The position numbers were made by a program, and so were the translations under genes. A stretch of 64,000 nt of DNA from Malacoraja senta. Taxonomy: Eukaryota. The notes under the pieces are model-generated. The model searched no databases. It saw only the letters and a program-made list of their open reading frames with translations, and was not told where the DNA came from. Within the stretch, counting starts at the first letter, position 1, and every line of letters starts with the position of its first letter. Location of the stretch: NCBI GenBank assembly GCA_038087875.1, contig CM075996.1:2110001-2174000 (forward strand). Direction: 5' to 3'. Below, piece by piece: positions 12,001 through 24,619 of the stretch.

Positions 12001-14464
12001 GTCTAGAGTCTATCACATTTCCTACTGAACCTGCACTAAACTTGTACATTCGAGGAGTGTTGGGGATAATTAGGAGGTGGTGAATATACATGACATTTAA
12101 TCCACCTAGAAATTAAACCACCAACCGTCAGTCTCCAATGCTGCTGTTGCTAAGTTCCGTTGCTTGTGCTATGGATGTGGAGAGATGCAATGGTTTGACA
12201 TCTTCTCACAGATTGTTTCCATAGTGGAAAGATCAGTATGTGGGAAGGAACTGCAGATGCTGGTGAACACCAAAGATAGGCACAAAATCCTGGAGTTACT
12301 CCAGCATTTTGGGTGTAGCCTAAAAATGTAATTGCCTATTAAACTTCCAAAACAGAGAATGGAGCAGCTGGGCTTGTACACTCTGGAGTTTAGAAGGATG
12401 AGAGGGCATCTCATTGAGACATATAAGATTGTTAAGGGCTTGGACAGGCTAGAGGCAGGAAACATGTTCCCGATGTTGGGGGAGTCCAGAACAGGGGCCA
12501 CAGTTTAAGAATAAGGAGTAAGCCATTTAGAACGGAGACAAGGAAACACTTTTTCTCACAGAGAGTGGTGAGTCTGTGGAATTCTCTGCCTCACAGGGCG
12601 GTGGAGGCCGGTTCTCTGGATGCTTTCAAGAGAGAGCTAGATAGGGCTCTTAAAAATAGCGGAGTCAGGGGATATGGGGAGAAGGCAGGAACGGGATACT
12701 GATTGGGGATGATCAGCCATGATCACATTGAATGGCGGTGCTGTCTCGAAGGGCCGAATGGCCTCCTCCTGTACCTATTGTCTATTGTCTATTGACCTAC
12801 ATTTGGAAAGCAGATGAGGATGAATTTATTTAGTCAGAGGGTGGTGAATTTGTGGAATTCTGGCTGTGGAGGCCGTCAATGGATATTTTTAAGGTGGAGA
12901 TTGATAGATTCTTGATTAGTACGGGTGTTATGGGGAGAAGGCAGGAGAATGAGGTGGAGAGGGAACGGTAGGTCGGGAATGGTGGAGTCGAGTTGATGGG
13001 CCATTTTGGTGTCCAAGCCTCCTTTGCTCCACATTGAAAGAGTTGGCCACCCAGATGCTCTTTCGCAATGTTGATTAATTCTCGGAAAAAGCGTGCTGGG
13101 CTGTCCACGATTTATGTGAGCACAAAGCAGCTGTGCCTGCCGCCTACACTGTCGCACAAATGCGCAGGCTGGTCATCGTGACTCCCCGCTCACGGAAATC
13201 GTCTGCGGGGTGAAGTGCTTGACCCAACTGATGGAAGTCATCATGCAGAAGTCACGCTAAAGCCTCCACACTCTCATACAAGCTTCAACCCACGCTCGTT
13301 GCGTAGGAAGGAAATCCAGATGCACCGAAGATAGACACAAAAATGCCGGAGTAACTCGGATGCACCGAAGATACACAACATGCTGGAGTAACTCAGCGGG
13401 TCAGGCAGCATCTCTGGAGAAAATGAATCAGTCACGTTTTCGGGTCGAGACCCTACTTCAGATTTCTCCGTACTTGCATCGTTGACCGGTACAGCAATTC
13501 CATTGCACAGGATCGCAAGCGGTTACAGAGAGTGGGCACAGCCGACCCCTCCATCAAAAGCATCGACACCAGGCACTGCCTCACGGCATCTGTCAAGGAT
13601 CCTCTCTATCTGGATCATGCCCTCTTCTCACTGCTACCCTCTGCTAGCAGAGTCCCACACCACCAGGTTCAGGTACAGCTACTTCCCACAACCATCGGGT
13701 CCTTCAACCAGTTTTTGTCCCCTAATTTGTGCAGTTTTGGTCCCCTAATTTAAGGAAGGACATTCTTGCTATTGAGGGAGTGCAGTGTAGGATGAGAGGG
13801 GATCTCATTGAAACATAGAAGATTGTTAAGGGTTTGGACAGGCTAGAGGCAGGAAACATGTTCCCGATGTTGGGGGAGTCTGGAACCAGGGGCCACAGTT
13901 TAAGAATAAGGGGTAAGCCATTTAGAACGGAGACGAGGAAACACTTTTTCTCACAGAGTTGTGAGTCTGTGGAATTCTCTGCCTCAGAGGCCGGTTCTCT
14001 GGATGCTTTCAAGAGAGAGCTAGATAGGGCTCTTAAAAATAGCAGTCAGGGGATATGGGGAGAAGGCAGGAACAGGGTACTGATTGGGGATGATCAGCCA
14101 TGATCACATTAAATGACGGTGCTGGTTCGAATGGCCGAATGGCCTACTCCTGCACCTATTGTCTATTATCTAACCCGCACACCCCTAATCCCACCTCAGC
14201 ATGGGAACACCACGGACCACCTCCTGCGCTACTGAACTGGTTTCTGATTTGTTTTGTACTTGTCTCTTGTTTTTGACATTCATTTTCCTTGTAGTTGTCT
14301 TTATAACTTATGTATAATTGATATTTTGTGTTGTCGGAGTTTATGTGGCTGTGATGCTGCTGCAAGCAAGATTTAAATTGTTCCTGTACTTCTCTGCATT
14401 TTTGTGCATATGACAATAAACGCTACTTGAATGAGTTGTTGCTGCTGGCGTGGTTGTAGGCAGA

Positions 14465-14867
14465 AACCTTCACGTGGTCCACCCTGTTTCGACGAATGCA
14501 ATCAACCCGACGTGCACAAACAATTAGATCAAATACGGGGTTACGCCTGCGCCCGGGTGGTACTAGAAAGGGACTACACACTGTCCACGGGAACCCTGGG
14601 GGATTTCCAGGACCGCTGGGCACCGCGGGGGTTTGAGTGTATCCTGGATAAGGATCGTAATATAGTTGTTTAGTACTTTACTTAGTAATGTGTTTGTCTT
14701 GCATTATGGTGGTGGGTTTGTTTTATTGTGTTGTAAATACTATTTTAATGTTTGAATAAATATTTTTGCTTTAAAAAAAAAACCCCAGAAGAAACAAAAA
14801 AAATTAGATCAAATAGAACAAGTTGACCTATAACTTTAGGCTGTGCACGCCAAACGCAGGAAGAAGA
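14465..14867 (+). mobile_element. 5'-truncated ribozyme-headed short retroelement interrupted by a Tx1/L1-like 3' end
   Basis: TSD AGGCAGAAA at 14458-14466 and 14868-14876; (gaa)n tail. Inner insert 14536-14801 with poly(A) is flanked by duplicated AATTAGATCAAATA. Confidence 0.75.
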
Positions 14868-17023
14868 AGGCAGAAAATTGTGCCGGACATTAGCAAGCTC
14901 TTGGCTCTAACTCAATCGGTTCCCACAAGCTCCTGAACGTACTGAATCGGTCCAGTACGCTCTCTGTTTAGCATCTCGTTGAAAGACTGCATTCACCACT
15001 CCCACGGATCCACTCTAAAATATCAGCAAGTTTCTCCAATTGTTTGAGACATGGCATATGTACAAGACTGTATCAGCTTTTAAAATTGTTAAATAGATGC
15101 TATTATCATTGGCAGATGGTTCAGGGGTCAGAGAAGTGGATTTAAAATTTGGATAACTGATACAAGAGAGAGGTGACTAATATCTTATTTATGATTTGGG
15201 ATTGGTATTGGTTTATCATTGTGACGTGTATGCAGTGGAAATACTTTCTGCATCTGAAAGGTGGCAAGCCTAATCAGTCAGACCTCTTGCATGGACTCAA
15301 TGGGCATTTAGTTTGGAGATACAGCATGGAAACAGGCCCTTCGGCCCACCAGTGATCCTCGCACACTAACGATATACCACACACACACACACACACACAA
15401 ATTTTACAATTTTACCAAGCCAATTAGCCTACAAACCTGTACCTCTTTGGCGTGTGGGAGGAAACCAGAGCTCCTGGAGAAAACCCACCCGGCCACAGGG
15501 AGAACCTACAAACTCCGTGCAGGCAGCACCCATAGTCAGGATGGAACCCGGGTCTGTGGTCATGTGAGGCAGCAACTCTACCGCTGCACCACCGAGCCGC
15601 ACTTTGTTTTGAGAAAGAACAGGCAGGGCTGTGGAGGAATGGGACTGAGAGCTTGGCTTTGCAACCACCTATCATGGGGTCGAGAGTCAAGAGAGCTTTA
15701 TTGTCATGTGTCCCAGATAGGATAATGAAATTCTTGCTTGCTGCAGCACAACAGAATATGTAAACATAATACAGAACACGAGATAAAAGTTCAGTGTGTT
15801 TATAGACCATAGACCATATATATACACAATAAATAAACAGATAAAGTGTAATAGTAATAATAGACTCTTATTGTTCAGAGTTTGTTTAATAGCCTGATGG
15901 CTGTGGGGAAGCAGCTGTTCGTGAACCTGGACTTTACAGATTTCAAGCTCCTGTACTTTCTTCCCGATGGCCTCTTGTGCTGAAACAGCTCAGTCTGCAT
16001 GAGTTGCGCAAATGAACTGTGACAAACTGACAGCTAATAGTGAGTGCATCTTGGAAGTCCTCGTTGAGAAATGCTTGTTCAGTAACCACAGTGAATCATT
16101 ACTCATGATCTCTCGGGGCATAGAGCAAGTTGGAGAGGGTGCAGAGGACATTCACTTCTATGTAACCTGGGCTTGAGCTATAGGGAGAGTTCTGGTTTTA
16201 ATTTGATTTTCAAAGCATGGAAACAGCCCCTTCGGCCCAACGAGTCTTTGTTGACCGTACACAAAAATGCTGGAGAAACTCAGCGGGTGCAGCAGCATCT
16301 ATGGAGCGAAGGAAATAGGTAACGAGTCTTTGTTGACCATTGGCCACACGTTCACACTAGTTCTACTTCATCCCACTTTCTCAAACACTCCCTACACACG
16401 AGGGGCAATTTACTGCAGCCAATCATCCAACAAACCCGAAGATAGACACAAAAAGCTGGAGTAACTCAGTGGGTCAGGCAGCATCTCTGGAGAGAAGGAC
16501 TGGGTGACGTTTTGGGTTGAGACCCTTCTTCAGACTCTTGAGATGCTGCCTGACCCGCTGAGTTACTCCAGCTCTTTGCGCCTATCTTCGGTTTAAACCA
16601 ATGTCTGCAGTTCCTTCCCACAACCTACAAACCCACCCGCCTTTGGGATATGGGAGGCAACCCATGCGTTCACAGGGAGGACGTGCAAACTCCTCACAGA
16701 CAGCACCCAAGGTCAGGATCACACTTGGCAAAGTGAGGCAGTGGCTCTGCCCGCTGCACGAGAAATGTTTTCTTTGATGCGGAGAAATCTGAGGGGTGAT
16801 CTTGTACAAGATCATGGATAAAGTGAATGCTCAGTCATTTGCCAAGGGTCGATTGTCAAAGCAGAGGGCAAAGGCTTATGGTGAGAGGAGAGATTTAAGA
16901 GAGACCTCGGGGGTAACGTTTTCACTCGAGTAGTCTGTTTCTTGAATGACCTGCCAAAGGAAGCTGTAGTATCAGATCCAATTATGACTTAAATACAGAT
17001 ATATGACTAGGAAGGGTTTAGAG

Positions 17024-17230
17024 CAAGGGTTCCCAACCTGGGGTAAGTTTACCACCAGGGGGTAAATTTGTTGATTGTGGATTTGTACAAATTGTTTCTC
17101 ATTGACTGACTGTGTTTGGTTCAACCGGTATCTGTTCATCATTAGTTGTTCATAAATAAGTGAAATAACATTGTTACGTGCTGTTAAAGTTGCCAGGGGT
17201 AAACGGGACAAAAAAGGTTGGGAACCCCTG
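17024..17230. mobile_element. hAT (Charlie-like) MITE
   Basis: TIRs caagggttcccaacct and aggttgggaacccctg; 8-bp TSD GTTTAGAG / GTTTAGAT. Confidence 0.8.
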
Positions 17231-17456
17231 GTTTAGATGGACGTAGGTCAAATGTGGGCAAATGGGACTTGTCCAGTATATCAACTTGGTTGGTATTATG
17301 AAGGTGGCCTGAAGAGCTTGTTTCTGTGCTGTTTAACTCTGTCAATCCATTCCTTTCCATTCCATTAAAAATAAAGTCTACAGTGAAACTCTTTTTAATA
17401 CAATGGAAAGATTTGAAGATCTAACTTGCACCTGTTACATTCAATTAATCATTTCA

Positions 17457-18808
17457 TTTTTATTTATTTTTTTATTTTTTATTTATTAGAAGTACATTAC
17501 ATTACAACCACATACATTAGTACTCGTCACATATATCTTCTTACAATTAATGTACTCCGTTTGTTTTTTACACTAATAAAGGGAAAGGATGAGATTGAGA
17601 GAAAGAAGAAAGTGAAGGAAAAGGTGAAAGTGTAAAAAACGTGACAACAAGAAAGAACGAAGACCCTATAAGAACGAAATTAAAAACAAAAGAAAAAGAG
17701 TTAAGAAATAGACCCTAGAAAAGAAGAAGAAAGAGAAAGAGGGAAAAGAGAAAAACAAATAGTTTTTGTAAGCATCACACAAATGGGACATACCAACTCT
17801 CCAACTTTCATCCCCCCTTACCTGACCTCAGTTTTTTTAAGGTACTTTTGCACCCTATATTTGTAATAATTCTATAAATGCAGACCGCGTCAGGTGGAAG
17901 TGATCTGGTTTACCTGCCAGGAGGAGTCTTATCTCTTCTAGGTGTAATGTTTCGAACATATTTGAAATCCACATGTTTATAGTTGAAGAAGGGTCTGAAG
18001 AAGGGTTTCGGCCCGAAACGTTACCTATTTCCTTCGCTCCATAGATGCTGCTGCACCCGCTGAGTTTCTCCAGCATTTTTGTGTACCTTTGTTTATAGTT
18101 GGTATTGGAGCCTTTTTCCAAAATTTTAGGATTAGCTTTTTTCCAGTTATTAACCCATAGTCTATTAATTTCTTTTGGAACACATTTAGTTCTGGACTAT
18201 CTTCCGTTGTTCCGAAGATAATCCATTCTGCTTTGGGTATCAGTTTTATTTTAAATAATTTTGTAAAGATTTCAAAAATTTCAATCCAAAATTGTTGAAT
18301 TTTTGTACAGAAAACAAATGAGTGCGCTATAGTAGCTTCTTGAGATTGACATTTATCACAAATTGATGATACATTTGGGAAAATTTTATGGATTTTAGTT
18401 TTGGAATAATATAATCTATGTAAAATTTTAAATTGTATTAAAGTGTGTCTTACATTAATCGAACATTTATGCACGTTTAATACGTGTTCATTCCGCCTTT
18501 CCTTTGAGATTTTAATAGCTAATTCTTGTTCCCAGTCTCTTCTAATACCTTCCGTAGATGGGTATTTCTACATTTAAGATAATATTATACAAATATGATA
18601 TTAAGTTTGCTGATTCAGCTTTTATCTGCATTGCATCATCCAATACATCTGCTGGGCTTTTATAATGATCTTTTGTATATTTTTTTCAAATAGTCACATA
18701 TTTGAAAATATTTCAAATATTGATTATTTCCGAGTTTATATTTTATTTGTAATTGTTGAAATGATAATAATTTTCCAGTTTCATACAGGTCACCGAATGT
18801 TTTAATTC
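17457..18808 (-). mobile_element. 5'-truncated L1 (ORF2 C-terminus, 3' UTR, polyA); same family as 55169-57513
   Basis: HKCSINVRHTLIQFKILHRLYYSK...CDKCQSQEATIAHSFVFC zinc knuckle; poly(T) at the left end; interrupted by a pLTR insert at 17986-18089. Confidence 0.9.
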
Positions 18809-19159
18809 AATTTCTGAGCTTGGTATTTCCTCTTGTGGTATTTTTTGTACTTGTTTGAGGTGACGTCTGATTCTCCCGGACTTGATGCAAGCAATTTGTG
18901 TAATTCCCCCTATTAACGCAGGCTTGATGCTTCAATTTACATTCCTGCTCCAATCAAAGTGAATATCTGAGACTTGCGACATGAAACCATTGCGTAAGGC
19001 AACAGATCACTACAAGGACTGGTTAGTAAAGGAAACTAATACCATAAAGAAATTTCACTTGTCTTTTACAAGTATCTGTACGCATCTGGAGAATTTGAGT
19101 CATGGGAGATTGCCTGGGCAGGTGTTACTTTCTTCAAGAATAGAGGTGGCTTCAGGGAG

Positions 19160-19615
19160 AATTATCGAGGTAGTAAACACTGCCCAGTCCATCATCAGCT
19201 CTGACCTCCCTTCCATCGAGGGGATCTATCGCAGTCGCTGCCTCAAAAAGGCTGGCAGTATCATCAAGGACCCACACCATCCTGGCCACACACTCATCTC
19301 CCTGCTACCTTCAGGTAGAAGGTACAGGAGCCTGAAGACTGCAACGACCAGGTTCAGGAATAGCTACTTCCCCACAGCCATCAGGCTATTAAACCTGGCT
19401 CTGACAAAACTCTGAACATTAATAACCCATTATCTGTTATTTGCACTTTATCAGTTTATTTATTCATGTGTGTATATATTTATATAATGGTATATGGACA
19501 CACTGATCTGTTTTGTAGTCAATGCCTTCTATGTTCTGTTGTGCTGAAGCAAAGCAAGAATTTCATTGTCCTATCAGGGACACGTGACAATAAACTCACT
19601 TGAACTTGAACTTGT
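19160..19615 (+). mobile_element. Rex1/Babar-type LINE 3' end
   Basis: VVNTAQSII...RCLKKAGSIIKDPHHPGHTLISLLPSGRRYRSL..TTRFRNSYFPTAIRLLN; tail gtgacaataaa then (cttgaa)n. Confidence 0.8.
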
Positions 19616-20220
19616 GTCCAAAGTTAACTGGTGTAGACGGAGTAAATTTAAAAGATTAAAGAGGAGTTAGACTTTGGATTTTAGAGGTACAACGTGGAAA
19701 CAGGCCCACCGAGTCTGTGACAACCAGTGATCACCCTGTACAATAGCACTATCCCACACACTAGGGACAATTTACAATTTTACTAACAGCAATTAACCTA
19801 CAAACCTGTACATCTTTGGAATGTGAGAGGAAACCAGAGCACCCAGAAGAAACCCATGCGAATATGCAAATTGCTGGAGTAACCAACGAGTGAGTTAGGC
19901 AGCATCTGTGGAGGGACATCTCTGGGTCAGGATCCTTCCACAGACTGAGCTGATCTGACCCGACCCAAAACTTTGCCTATCCATTGATCTGTCTGAAGAA
20001 GGGAGCAGATCTGATGTGTTGCCTGTCCATTCCCTCCACAGATGCTGCCTGATCCGCTGAGCGACAAGATTACACCCTCTGTAGTCGCTTGTGTCTCCCT
20101 CCGTCTTGGCATGGCATTCGGCGTGGGCGTTGTAGCCCGTGGGGCCCGTTCCTGTGCTGAAATTGTTCCACGTTCTCAATGTCCGGACAACCTCACGCCT
20201 ATTTTTGTCATCTTCCCTAG

Positions 20221-20394
20221 GGGTCGAAGTTTGTCGAGTGGTCGTCGGCTGAGAATCTGAAGCGGACCTGGGTGAATTACGGTGTCCCGCGACTGTGGTG
20301 CCACTCCCGCCAGGGGTCCGGGGAGGAGTTCCTCTATCATGCAACACAGTGCAAGAACGTCTGGATCCCAATGGGGGAAATCTTTGCCAACTAG
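20221..20394 (+). CDS. ALDH16A1: ALDH16A1 terminal coding exon
   Basis: ccctag acceptor after an 11.2-kb intron. GSKFVEWSSAENLKRTWVNYGVPRLWCHSRQGSGEEFLYHATQCKNVWIPMGEIFAN then TAG at 20392-20394; NLKRTW and K..W.P.GE are typical of the ALDH16 C-terminus. Confidence 0.92.
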   Translation, partial: GSKFVEWSSAENLKRTWVNYGVPRLWCHSRQGSGEEFLYHATQCKNVWIPMGEIFAN

Positions 20395-22068
20395 ACCCAG
20401 TGTCGTCCAGACAACCCAACCTGTCCAGACGTAACCATCCGTTCCGATGAGGCTCAGTTAACACAGTGAACGGGAGTTCCGCGCAGCTACAATCACATAC
20501 CCTCCCGTTGTAATATGAATGCTTTGATTAGACATTGGTGTCTTCCAATACGGTAGAACATGGATCTGGCCTGAGCTTGAACATGTGTACTGGCAGCGTG
20601 TCTGATGTCCCAACAGTACCGTAAGAGCACTCTACCAACTGCTGGGGGTCAAAGCAAGTGCAAAATATGCTTCTTAAAACAGGTTAATGTTCAACAAGAT
20701 GGACACAAAACGCTGGAGTAACTCAGCGGGACGGGCAGCATCTCTGGAGAGAAAGAATGGGTGACGTTTCGGGTCAGTACTGACCCTTCAGTCAGTTCTT
20801 CGTCACCCATTCCTTCCCTCAAGAGACGCTGCCTGTCCCGCTGAGTTACTCCAGCATTTTGTGTCTATCTTCAGTGTAAACCAGCATCTACAGTTCCTCC
20901 CTACACGATAAGGTTCAGCAACGTGTCATGATGAAAATGTTTTATTTGTTTGTTTTTGAAAGTTGGACCGTTTCCACCTTGACTCCGAGCCGATTCCATG
21001 GAACCCTGTTAAGCGCTGAACACTTTGGGTCTTCTGCCAGATCTTTGCTCTCCCGCATTCTTCCTCTCCATCCATCCCATGCCTGCACTGACTGATGTTA
21101 GTTTGCTGACTTGTGAAGTGGGCTCTGTGCCAATTCTCGAGAGTCCCTTCCGTTCTTTCCCGAGAGTCCCCTTTCTTTTGCCCAACAGCCAGACAGAATT
21201 CCTCAAACCCTGATTGGGAGGGAACCCATTCTACACGTTTGACATTTCCCGTGCGGAAACCCCCCCTCCTTACTCGCCCTCCAGTGAGACGGAAGGGAAA
21301 ATGTTCCCGACTATCAAAATGAGTGCTTTCTTTTTTTTCCCAGGAATGGAAATCTGCGCTCAAGGTCATGCACTGTGCTTGCCACAGGTTTGCACCGGGT
21401 GCTACCCACAACTTCACCGCGCTCATTACAGGTGCCGCCACACTCTGTTACCAGAATAACTTGGCATTGTCACCTGTAACCGCCATTCATGCTGAGCAAA
21501 CATTCTTTGAAGAGCCGCAAATATTTTTATGATGCTTTACCTTTGGAACAAAATTTGGGCAGGATTGCTGCATTCACCGTGTTTTACTGAACAGGGCTGC
21601 AGCAATTTATCGGTATGTCTTGGAGTTCTGTTTGAATCCAGTCCGCTTCTTCAATGCCTTTTAAGTGTTTATAAGACAAAAACACTCTAGACCTATATCC
21701 TTCTAAGCTGGCCGTACTGCACATGCCGGCTGTATTCTCAGTGCTAAATGAGGCCTTTTTTGTCAAGATCAGAAAAGTAGCATTGGTGCAAAAATGTCAA
21801 CGTTGAGTTGCTTTCTAATTCCAAGTGATTTTTGATGAACAGTCCTAGTCTATCGGTGCTTCCTACTGTAAGCAGAAACATGTAACCCAAATTCCTGCAA
21901 TGTTTAGTTAACATGAGAAACTGATCAAAGATGATTGAGGTTATTAAACTTAATGAAATCCTTATGCATAAAATATACATTTTGTATCTCCTGTATATTT
22001 TCTCTCGTCTTATCAGGTCACGGTATACTGTGCTGGTTTTGCGGTTCAGCTTAAATGCTTTACACATC

Positions 22069-22074
22069 AATAAA
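22069..22074 (+). terminator. Candidate polyadenylation signal of ALDH16A1 (3' UTR ~1.7 kb)
   Basis: AATAAA at the end of a mostly unique UTR-like stretch, just before repeats resume. No transcript data. Confidence 0.4.
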
Positions 22075-24565
22075 GTGCGAGAGGAAATCTAAGGATCCAA
22101 TCTACAACATAACCTGAGGTGCCCTTGTTTAGATTTGAATCGATATTTAAGTGGTACACATAAGATTAATGTCAATCTAAAGCTTTCATGTTGAGGTGGC
22201 AGGTATAAAACTGGGTGGTGAATCTGTGGAATTCTTTGCCACAGAAGGCTGTGGAGGCCAAGTCAGTGGATATTTTTTACAGCAGTGATAGATAGATTCT
22301 TCATCAGTACAGCTGTCGGAGGTTATAGGGGAGAAGGCAGGAGAATGGGGTTAAGAGGGAGAGATAGATCAGCCATGATTGAATGGCAGAGTAGACTTGA
22401 TGGGCCAAATGGCCTAATTCTCCTCCTATTCCTTATGACCAGGGTGCAACAGCTTTTCGCAGTCACTTGTACTGCCTGTGAGAAGCTGTCACTGTATAAA
22501 GGCTTTTCATCGATTTCTCTGTCAAAATAAAAAGAATATGTTTTTAATTCAAGTCCTCAAGAACTACCAAAACATTTTTAAATGTAGTCGCTTCAGACTA
22601 TGATAGACCAGCACCTCGTATTCCGCTTGAGTAGCTTACACCACAATGGTATGAACACTGCATTCTCCAATTTCGAGTCATCCCTCCCCTGCCCTCTTCC
22701 TTACCCCCAACCTGGTGCTCACACACATCCCACCCCACCCCAGTTACCCTGCTCCCTGCTCGTCCCCCCGTTCCCATCTTTTATCCCTCTTCCCCCCCCC
22801 CCAATCCCCTCTCCCCTCTCCAGCTTTACATTTACTCCTCTTATCTGTGTGTCTTTTTAACTTGACTTGACTTGACTCTCTGAACAACCGCACAAGAGTT
22901 CCTATGTGTGTAAGCACAAATGGCAAATAAAGTTTTTTGATTTGATTTTTTTTTTTTTAATCTGACGACACCCTTTTGGCTCCTTATCACCTCTAGCCTA
23001 GCACTTACTCCACAATCTGCCAATCACACCCCTCACCTGTATCCACCTACCACTTGTCCGGCTTTGCCCCACCCCCACCACTCTTTTCCAGCACTCTCCC
23101 TCCTACTCCATCAGTCAGACAGGTCTCGACCCGAAACAAACGTCATCTGACCATTCCCTCCACAGATGCTGCCTGACCCGCTGTCTTCCTCCAGCACTTT
23201 TTTTTGACGTGTAGACGTCTAACCGTAAGAAACTAAGCTCTTGCCTTTGGCATTTCTCCCATTTTGTTTTCAGTACAGCTCGAAGTCGCTCTCCACTCTC
23301 CTGTCCGTTCCTTGAGACTGAAGCCCTCCAGTGCTGCCAACATCCTCGTGCATCCTGACTGGACCTATAGGCCATTCACGTTCTTCCTATGGCTAGGCAG
23401 CTAGAACGACACACAGTACTCTAACCAATGTCTTGTGCATCTGTAGTGGGACATCCTAACTCGTACTGAGGACCTGGTCCCTTGAAGGTAAGCACACCAT
23501 ATGCTTCCCAGTGAGTTGTGAGGTGTTTATTTATTTATTTTGTTGTCAAACCTGTATTATCAGGACCTTTTCAGAGCCAACATTTACATTCCCCATTATA
23601 CTTCTAGAATAGCTTGCTTTAGTGTGACTTTAATGCTCTGAACCGCAAGCACGAATGTTTGAGCTCTCCAGCGGCTACTTGCTTTCATTTGTGAAGGTGA
23701 TGAAGTAGCGATCCAGTAGATAGCAGCGGTTCTATCAATCACAATCACACATTTGCCAAGTCAGTCACACAAATAAAAAGCAACATAACACACAAAATGC
23801 ATTTTAACATAAACATCCACCACAGTGACTCCTCCACGTTCCTCACTGTGATGGAACGCGAAAAAAAAGTTAAAATCTCTTCCCTTCTTTGCTCTCCCGC
23901 GGTCGGGGGCCTCGAGCCCTCCGTTGACGGGACGATCTTGACTCCTGTAGCCGGCGGCGTTTGGGCCCTCCACATCGGGGCGATCAGCTCCTGCATCGGG
24001 GGGATGACAGCTCCCCCGCGCCGGCAATCGGACCCCGCGTTGGGGCTGGTCGAGCCTCTGCGTTCGTTGGAGATCCCAACTAGCCTCTCCCGAGACTGCG
24101 AGCTCACGATGGTAAAGTCCGCAGGCCACGGTTGGGGCAATCCCAGGCAAGGTATCGGCTCCGATGTTAAGTCCACGCCCCACGGTGGGGCACAAGGACA
24201 GTCTGAGGAGGCCTCCAGCTCCATCGATGGTAGGCCGCAGCGCGACCGGAGATGCGACCTGGAAAACAATCGCATCTCCGGCAAGGTAAGAAACTGAAAA
24301 AAAAAGTTTCCCCTGACTCCCACCCCCTTCCCCCACATAAAACAAACCGGAGAACATTTACACAAACTTTTAACACATACTAAAAAAATTTTTTTAAGGA
24401 CGGAAAAACAGGCAGACTGTTGGCGGGGCTGCCAATCATGCGGCGCCCCCTGGTGGTGAAAGATCAGTGGTTGACAAAAGGATTCAAGAATGCTCGATAA
24501 AACCTCGATGTGCGCAGCCTAAAGTTGTAGGGCAACTTGTTCTATTTGATTGTGCACGCCAGGTT

Positions 24566-24619
24566 GATTGCATTCGTCGAAACAGGGCGGACCACGTGAA
24601 GGTTGCAATCTCCCACCCC
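24566..24619 (-). ncRNA. HDV/CPEB3-like self-cleaving ribozyme (54 nt, minimal P4) at the 5' end of a short retroelement
   Basis: Minus strand reads GGGGUGG-GA-GAUUGCA-ACC-UUCACGU-GGU-CCGCCCU-GU-UUCGA-CGAA-UGCAAUC. P1, P2 and P3 all pair, with a G+1.U wobble and the catalytic-position C in CGAA. Confidence 0.8.

Noticed and set aside
19895..20464. 189-aa minus-strand ORF
   Set aside because: Antisense shadow of the ALDH16A1 last exon plus pLTR sequence.
21214..21459. ORF with a PPxY motif (ETPPPYSP)
   Set aside because: Immediately preceded by an in-frame TGA, starts at a non-ATG codon, has no fitting splice sites, and lies in the probable ALDH16A1 3' UTR.
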